This document shows, piece after piece, positions 26,922 through 32,865 of a DNA stretch of 32,865 nucleotides; position 1 is the stretch's first letter; every line of letters begins with the position of its first letter. Both the position numbers and the translations under genes were made by a program. The notes beneath the pieces are model-generated. The model was not told where the DNA came from and did no database searches. It saw only the letters and a list, made by a program, of their open reading frames with translations. The stretch comes from Candidatus Nomurabacteria bacterium (GTDB lineage: Bacteria; Patescibacteriota; Minisyncoccia; Phycocordibacterales; UBA9973), in assembly GCA_943354645.1 (NCBI GenBank), contig CALRCO010000003.1, forward strand, positions 1 to 32,865, given 5' to 3'.

Positions 26922-27152
26922 TTAGAGAAAAACTGCAATACCTGCAGTGAGTATGAACAAAATGCCTACCACCATAGAAAAATAGAAGAGCGCTTTTTCA
27001 AAGCCACGCTTCGTGTGGAATGCGGAAATGTCGTCAGAACCACCGAATGCACCACCTGCACCTGCAGAGGATGGTTGGAGGAGAATAGAAACGACAAGCA
27101 CTATGGAGAGAACAATTTGTATATAAGGGAGAATCGAGAAAAACGTACTCAT
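26922..27152 (-). CDS. secG: preprotein translocase subunit SecG (76 aa from ATG 27152)
   Basis: ILLQ....G.GGAFGG...RG.EK.L motif with two TMs. Confidence 0.92.
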   Translation of the reverse strand: MSTFFSILPYIQIVLSIVLVVSILLQPSSAGAGGAFGGSDDISAFHTKRGFEKALFYFSMVVGILFILTAGIAVFL

Positions 27153-27257
27153 GGGGATTATGATAGCATGACGGGGTGTTTTTTGCAATTTCAACCAAGT
27201 GATATAGTTTTTAATTAGAAAAAAAATACGAAGTATCATATACTACTATTACCATAT

Positions 27258-27392
27258 ATGTTCAACCGTCACTTTTTCAAAATGTTCCTTGGGCTTATTG
27301 GCATGATATTGCTTGGGCTCATTACGCTCGTTTTGGTTAATTTTTACGAGAAAGATTCTGCACCTGTTCGTATTCCAGAGACACAATTGTGA
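27258..27392 (+). CDS. 44-aa single-TM protein, not in ORF track
   Basis: MFNRHFFKMFLGLIGMILLGLITLVLVNFYEKDSAPVRIPETQL*; TACTAT 8 nt before ATG. Confidence 0.65.
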   Translation: MFNRHFFKMFLGLIGMILLGLITLVLVNFYEKDSAPVRIPETQL

Positions 27393-27494
27393 TTTTTTTT
27401 ATACTCAAAAAATCACGTATCAAAGATTATTAAGCGCAGCTTAATAATTTTGAGACGCTGATTCCCAAACTAACAGGCCTGGCCTGTTAGGTTT

Positions 27495-27524
27495 TTGACA
27501 CAAATAGGTATTTTATGCTACTAT
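27495..27524 (+). promoter_or_regulatory. rplJL promoter
   Basis: TTGACA, 18 nt, TACTAT with TG extension. Confidence 0.7.
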
Positions 27525-27532
27525 CTTTTGGT

Positions 27533-27577
27533 GCCGTAGACAGCAGGGGACGCAAGTCTTAATATCCTGCCGAGGTC
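27533..27577 (+). ncRNA. ribosomal protein L10 leader (core)
   Basis: ccgtagacagcagg...taatatcctgccgaggt matches the L10-leader consensus; upstream of rplJ. Confidence 0.85.
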
Positions 27578-27833
27578 GAAATCATCCGCGTTAGCGGATT
27601 TCGTCTGCGATACGGCCGGCTCCAATTAAGGAGTGCGGCTATTTATTTTAGAAAAATAACGAGTGGAACGAGTATATTTTTCTTACCCAGCACTTAGCGC
27701 AGTTACCTCTTTTTTAATTAATGAAAGAGAATTGGTCCAAAGTAAGGATCATTAAGTAATCTGTTTGTAAGTACGCTAAGTGCTGGGTGAAGATTTTTAT
27801 ACTTCACTTCATTTCGTTAAAAATCATTCAATT

Positions 27834-28334
27834 ATGGCAATTACTAAAGAAAAAAAGAAAGCGCTTATCGGAGAACTCGATACGTTGCTTGGTGCAAGTG
27901 ATTCGCTCGTCTTTGTCTCTTTCAACAAATTAACGGTGAAAGATGCAAATGAGCTCCGTCGCATGCTCTTGGCAGTAAATGTCGGCTACAAAGTTGCAAA
28001 GAAAACTCTTTTGAAGCGATCACTCGCGAACAAAAAAGTAGAAGGCACCCTCGCTGACTTGCCAGGAGAAATCGGTGTCGCATTCCTTAAGGGAGGCGAA
28101 GATATCACCGCTCCAGCTCGAGAAGTGTACAGTTTCTTGAAAGCTCATAAAGATGTCGTTCGCATCGTCGGCGGTATCTTTGAAGGAGTATATAAAGATG
28201 AGGCTGCGATGATGTCGATTGCGACAATCCCACCTCGAGAAGTCATGTACGCGCAGTTTGTCCAACTTATCAATTCGCCTATACAGCGATTTGTTATCGG
28301 TTTGAATCAAATCGCTGTAGTCAAAAGTTCTTAA
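27834..28334 (+). CDS. rplJ: 50S ribosomal protein L10 (166 aa from ATG 27834)
   Basis: MAITKEKK, LTV....LRR, YKVAKKTLL, IATIPPRE; precedes rplL. Confidence 0.95.
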   Translation: MAITKEKKKALIGELDTLLGASDSLVFVSFNKLTVKDANELRRMLLAVNVGYKVAKKTLLKRSLANKKVEGTLADLPGEIGVAFLKGGEDITAPAREVYSFLKAHKDVVRIVGGIFEGVYKDEAAMMSIATIPPREVMYAQFVQLINSPIQRFVIGLNQIAVVKSS

Positions 28335-28417
28335 AGTTATAAAGTTCATAAAGTATTCCGAATCGCGATTGCTTTATAACTTTACAAACTTTTAACATTA
28401 TAACTAATAAATTATTT

Positions 28418-28804
28418 ATGGAAGAAACAAAAACAATCCCAGCAAAATTCAAGGACATCATTTCAACTGTTGAAACTATGTCAGTCGCTGATCTTCACGA
28501 ACTCGTGCAGACACTTGAAGCACACTTTGGTGTGTCAGCAAATGCAGTTGCCGCAGCTCCAGCAGGAGCAGCAGCGGGTGCAGCAGAAGAAAAAGATGCA
28601 TTTACTGTTGTCTTGGCCTCTGCAGGTGAACAAAAAATCGCCGTTATGAAAGTTATCAAGGAAGCTCTCGGTTTGGGTCTTAAAGAAGCAAAAGACCTCG
28701 TTGATGGCGCACCTATGACTATCAAAGATAATGTGAAGAAGGCAGAAGCAGAAGACATGAAGAAGAAGATTGAAGAAGCGGGAGGAAAAGTCGAGTTAAA
28801 GTAA
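28418..28804 (+). CDS. rplL: 50S ribosomal protein L7/L12
   Basis: FGVSA, Ala hinge, [30 protein letters not shown]. Confidence 0.98.
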   Translation: MEETKTIPAKFKDIISTVETMSVADLHELVQTLEAHFGVSANAVAAAPAGAAAGAAEEKDAFTVVLASAGEQKIAVMKVIKEALGLGLKEAKDLVDGAPMTIKDNVKKAEAEDMKKKIEEAGGKVELK

Positions 28805-28840
28805 AACAAAAAATCCCACTTCGGTGGGATTTTTTGTTTT
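28803..28840 (+). terminator. rplL terminator with UUCG loop
   Basis: aaaacaaaaaatcccac-ttcg-gtgggattttttgtttt. Confidence 0.85.
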
Positions 28841-28843
28841 CTG

Positions 28844-28987
28844 TCGACTTTTCCTCCGGCTTGGGAGGTGGTCGAGGAACGGTAGTTCCTCGTGTAGGAG
28901 AGCAGCGAGTCCTCGAGCGTTGAGAACTGTGGGTTCTCAAGGAGGAGCATAGCGACGACGGTTGGTGGGAAAGTGGAATTAAAGTAA
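28844..28987. repeat. rplL-3'-associated structured element (antisense copy, hairpins, synonymous direct copy)
   Basis: 28844-28862 is 18/19 complementary to 28776-28794; 28964-28987 re-encodes GGKVELK*. Confidence 0.85.
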
Positions 28988-29000
28988 TCAATCTGCTAAT

Positions 29001-29031
29001 ACAAAAAACTTCCATATTGGGAGTTTTTTGT
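29001..29031 (+). terminator. second terminator after the duplicated rplL end
   Basis: acaaaaaacttcca-tat-tgggagttttttgt. Confidence 0.75.
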
Positions 29032-29081
29032 TTGTTTTTGTCTAGTTGCATGGAGACTCACTTCTCTTTATACTACTGTTC

Positions 29082-29708
29082 ATGATAGAAACTCTAGGAA
29101 AGCTGTTCGGATCGCAAGCACGAGTGAAGGTAATGCGCCTTTTCATGCAAAATCCTGAAACGCCGTTCGATGCAAAAGAAATTGCAAAGCGTTGTCGTAT
29201 CCGTATTGGTGAAGCACGTAAAGAACTCAATCTGTTGCTCGGTGCAAATTTTCTTAAGAAGAAAATTTTTTCAAAAATCATTGAAGGTAAACGAAAATCT
29301 CGTCGCGTGCAGTTTGTTGGAGGATTACTCAATCAAGAATTTGAATATTTAGATGCGCTTCGAGTCCTTGTTGTTGAAGCAAGTCTCATCCAACCAAAAT
29401 ATCTCATTCGTAAACTTCGTCCATCTGGCAAATTAAAATTGGTTATTATGGCGGGTGTCTTTACGCACAATCCAGAGTCCCGACTTGATCTTTTAGTTGT
29501 CGGCGATAATCTTCGTCGCAATGTGATTGAAACAGCAGTTCGCGCTATTGAAGCAGAAACCGGAAAAGAGCTCGCGTATGCAGTATTTGAAACATCTGAA
29601 TTCCAATATCGCATTGATATGTACGACAAGCTCGTCTGTGATGTCCTCGAATTCCCCCATGAAAAATTGATTGATTTGATTGGGGTAAGCGAGAAAATTA
29701 GAATTTAG
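29082..29708 (+). CDS. winged-HTH plus nucleotidyltransferase-like protein (208 aa from ATG 29082)
   Basis: LFGSQARVKVMRLF...EIAKRC..ARKELNLL HTH; AGVF......RLDLLVVGD; promoter TTGCAT-17-TATACT 7 nt before ATG. Confidence 0.75.
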   Translation: MIETLGKLFGSQARVKVMRLFMQNPETPFDAKEIAKRCRIRIGEARKELNLLLGANFLKKKIFSKIIEGKRKSRRVQFVGGLLNQEFEYLDALRVLVVEASLIQPKYLIRKLRPSGKLKLVIMAGVFTHNPESRLDLLVVGDNLRRNVIETAVRAIEAETGKELAYAVFETSEFQYRIDMYDKLVCDVLEFPHEKLIDLIGVSEKIRI

Positions 29709-29748
29709 TAAGTAGATAGTAGTAAATAGTAAGTAGATTCGAACAAAC

Positions 29749-29793
29749 AACAAAAAGGACTGATTTTGCGAAGCAAAATCAGTCCTTTTTGTT
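29749..29793 (+). terminator. intrinsic terminator
   Basis: aacaaaaaggactgattttgc-gaa-gcaaaatcagtcctttttgtt. Confidence 0.85.
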
Positions 29794-29930
29794 AATCCAC
29801 AGGCTGCATATTGCACTTCTTTTAAAATGCTATACTTAAACCAAGTTTAAAGGTCGACTTTAAACAGCGTATTATTAATAATAAGTCGGCAAATATCATT
29901 TGCCATCGGCGTCAGCCGAAATTTCACGAT

Positions 29931-30620
29931 ATGTTGATTAACACATGGGGAAGTGTCTTTAGTGCATCACTCCAAAATCTTTGGTGGGGTTTCATTAATT
30001 TCGTCCCAAATCTTATCGTAGCCATCGTTATTTTTATTATTGGTTGGGTAGTTGCTTCACTTCTTTGTCGCGCGATTGAACACTTGGTTGGTGCTCTCAA
30101 AATCGATCGTCTTTTTGCAAGTGCAGGAGTCGACGATGTGTTGCATCGAGCTGGTATGAAGCTCTCAATCGGTGGTTTCTTGGGTGGCGTGGTTAAATGG
30201 TTCACTATTGTGGTGTTCCTTATGACATCACTTGAAATCCTTGGTTTGACGCAAGTAAATGATTTCCTCCGTGAAGTAGTACTCTCGTACCTTCCACGCG
30301 TTATCGTTGCTGCACTTATCTTGGTGCTCGCAACCGTTATTGCAGATGCAATGCGACGCCTTATCCAAGGCTCAGCAAAGGCTGCAAGTGTACACTCAGC
30401 AAATCTCCTCGGCACTATTGCAAAATATGCTATCTGGATCTTTGCACTTATCATTGCATTGTCTGAACTTGGCATCGCGTCACAGTTCATGCAAATCTTC
30501 TTCACTGGTATCGTAGCGCTTATCGCTATCGGCGGTGGACTTGCATTTGGTTTGGGTGGTAAAGAAGCAGCAGCTCGCTTTATCGAACGTCTTCGAAACG
30601 ATACAAATTCGTCAATGTAA
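29931..30620 (+). CDS. TM-helix-repeat protein (MscS N-terminal / CmpX-like)
   Basis: Two repeats FVPNLIVAIVIFIIGW and YLPRVIVAALILV; ends GLAFGLGGKE. Confidence 0.85.
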   Translation: MLINTWGSVFSASLQNLWWGFINFVPNLIVAIVIFIIGWVVASLLCRAIEHLVGALKIDRLFASAGVDDVLHRAGMKLSIGGFLGGVVKWFTIVVFLMTSLEILGLTQVNDFLREVVLSYLPRVIVAALILVLATVIADAMRRLIQGSAKAASVHSANLLGTIAKYAIWIFALIIALSELGIASQFMQIFFTGIVALIAIGGGLAFGLGGKEAAARFIERLRNDTNSSM

Positions 30621-30640
30621 TTTATTTGTCTATCTATCCA

Positions 30641-30668
30641 AACAAAACCGCCGAAAGGCGGTTTTGTT
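30641..30668 (+). terminator. intrinsic terminator with GAAA loop
   Basis: aacaaaaccgcc-gaaa-ggcggttttgtt. Confidence 0.85.
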
Positions 30669-30887
30669 GTTTGTTGGCTGGGGTTGTTTTTTCGCTAATC
30701 ACTAAAGCGAGTCTTCTCTACAGAAAAAGCCTTGCGCAAGTTGGCGAACTGAGCAGAGCAAAATTTCAGCAGAAATTTATGCGTGCTTTTTCTGTAGAGA
30801 TGGCGAGCGACCTTTTTCCACAGAGACTTCTTTTATAAATTCTTTAAGTGGTATACTTATTAGGTTACTAATTAATCTCATATACAA

Positions 30888-31211
30888 ATGAACCAAAATA
30901 CAAATAGTATTAAAACAATCATTATTGTCGTCCTCGTCCTTATTGCTGGGTATTTCATTTATCAAAATTATGCGAATCGCCAAGCTGACCAATCAGGGCG
31001 CATCATCACTAATACTTCTAGTACAAATCCAGGGGTAGCTAAACAGCCTGATCACGTTGCTACATGTACAGGAACAGCATCTAATGGATCTACTTATTCA
31101 GGTACATGGATTGTGTACACAGATGGAACCCACAGTGAACCTTGTCAGGGTATTGCAATGAATCCAAGTTCTGGGGGAACTTCAGTAAAAAATACTTCTC
31201 AACAGTATTAA
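30888..31211 (+). CDS. hypothetical single-TM exported protein, Ser/Thr-rich, two Cys
   Basis: N-terminal TM; followed by hairpin 31227-31264. Confidence 0.75.
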   Translation: MNQNTNSIKTIIIVVLVLIAGYFIYQNYANRQADQSGRIITNTSSTNPGVAKQPDHVATCTGTASNGSTYSGTWIVYTDGTHSEPCQGIAMNPSSGGTSVKNTSQQY

Positions 31212-31301
31212 AAAAGAGGGTAGCGTAAAAAAGTCAATCATGGTAACCCGTGATTGACTTTTTTATTATATCTGATATAATAGTTTTAAACCTTTTAAAC
31301 C

Positions 31302-31709
31302 ATGAAAAAAATGTTTGCAGTGATGATCATTTCGCTTATTGCTTTGCCTATTGCATTTGCGCAGGCCGGCAACAATGATCCAGTAAGTCAAATTGCTATA
31401 CTCGGTGTTTCTCCTTCGGGTATTCCTTCAAAACCAAGGGAATATCGTTGGGATAATCAAGAAATAATTATCGCGTATGAGGCGAAAAGTGCAACAGCAT
31501 CTGAACTTATAAAGTTTCTCTCCATTGAGAAAAATGTAAAAGCATGTACTGATGCATTCGGAACACAATTTTGTCTCCTTGCCATTGAGCTTGATGGTGT
31601 GACTAAAATTATAGTAAAAAATGGAATTGTAGGGAAGCCAGAATTTTCTCTTCCGAAAGCCCCGATAACATGGGCTGACGATGTTCATTTTTTATTGAAA
31701 GAAAAATAG
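31302..31709 (+). CDS. hypothetical secreted protein
   Basis: Signal peptide MKKMFAVMIISLIALPIAFAQA; followed by hairpin 31727-31770. Confidence 0.78.
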   Translation: MKKMFAVMIISLIALPIAFAQAGNNDPVSQIAILGVSPSGIPSKPREYRWDNQEIIIAYEAKSATASELIKFLSIEKNVKACTDAFGTQFCLLAIELDGVTKIIVKNGIVGKPEFSLPKAPITWADDVHFLLKEK

Positions 31710-31848
31710 TTTGTTAATTGAATTTTAAAGCCCGTTTTCTTGTAAAATTATTTGCAAGAAAACGGGCTTTTTTTATACCTTTTCCACACCTATTTTCGAC
31801 TCCCGTTTAACCCTTATACCATAAGCTCTAAACCCCCAAAACAGACGC

Positions 31849-31911
31849 TTGACTTTGATTTGCCCACGCGTATAATAGCCCTACGTCTAACAAGGCGTTT
31901 TTCTTTGACAA
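31849..31911 (+). promoter_or_regulatory. rRNA promoter and boxA-like antitermination site
   Basis: TTGACT (31849), 16 nt, TATAAT (31871); TTCTTTGACA at 31901-31910. Confidence 0.75.
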
Positions 31912-31981
31912 TTTTATTGCATTAATTTTGATAACAAGAGCCCGTACAGTAGAGTCTGTATTTTCTCTTGTTTCGTTTGTT

Positions 31982-32865
<884 letters not shown>

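Noticed and set aside
28841-28975. RNase P RNA on the minus strand (GGAGGAAAAGTC resembles GAGGAAAGTCC)
   Set aside because: The match is explained as the antisense copy of the rplL end; the region is too short and I found no partner P4 motif.
28781-28987. Diversity-generating retroelement TR/VR pair
   Set aside because: Only 24 nt, differences are synonymous and not adenine-specific, and no reverse transcriptase is in the window.
29844-29920. Riboswitch upstream of the TM-helix-repeat gene
   Set aside because: Several small hairpins are present but none matches a riboswitch consensus I can recognise.

Overview
Chromosomal window of a Patescibacteria/CPR bacterium, most likely Parcubacteria (OD1). 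The assignment rests on 16S primer-site signatures and on typical CPR gene content; genetic code 11 fits. Housekeeping genes are a shortened prfB, ftsEX, pyrG, a DEAD-box helicase, mutY-like, a pseudouridine synthase, rnj, secG, rplJL with an L10 leader, and the 5' part of the 16S rRNA. Also present are four tRNAs, two free-standing tRNA-adjacent nucleases (LAGLIDADG, HNH), a mannoside cluster (cupin PMI, two GH130 genes, HAD-IIB PMM) and several orphan or small ORFs. The most striking signal is non-coding. After tRNA-Asp, tRNA-Gln and rplL the same layout recurs: gene 3' end, terminator hairpin, antisense copy of that 3' end, structured core, degenerate direct copy of the 3' end. The two tRNA-linked cores align without gaps at 72/93 nt with five compensatory base-pair changes, while their arms match their own tRNA. 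The distal rplL copy encodes the same GGKVELK* with only synonymous changes. All counts were made by eye; no database searches or folding programs were run.
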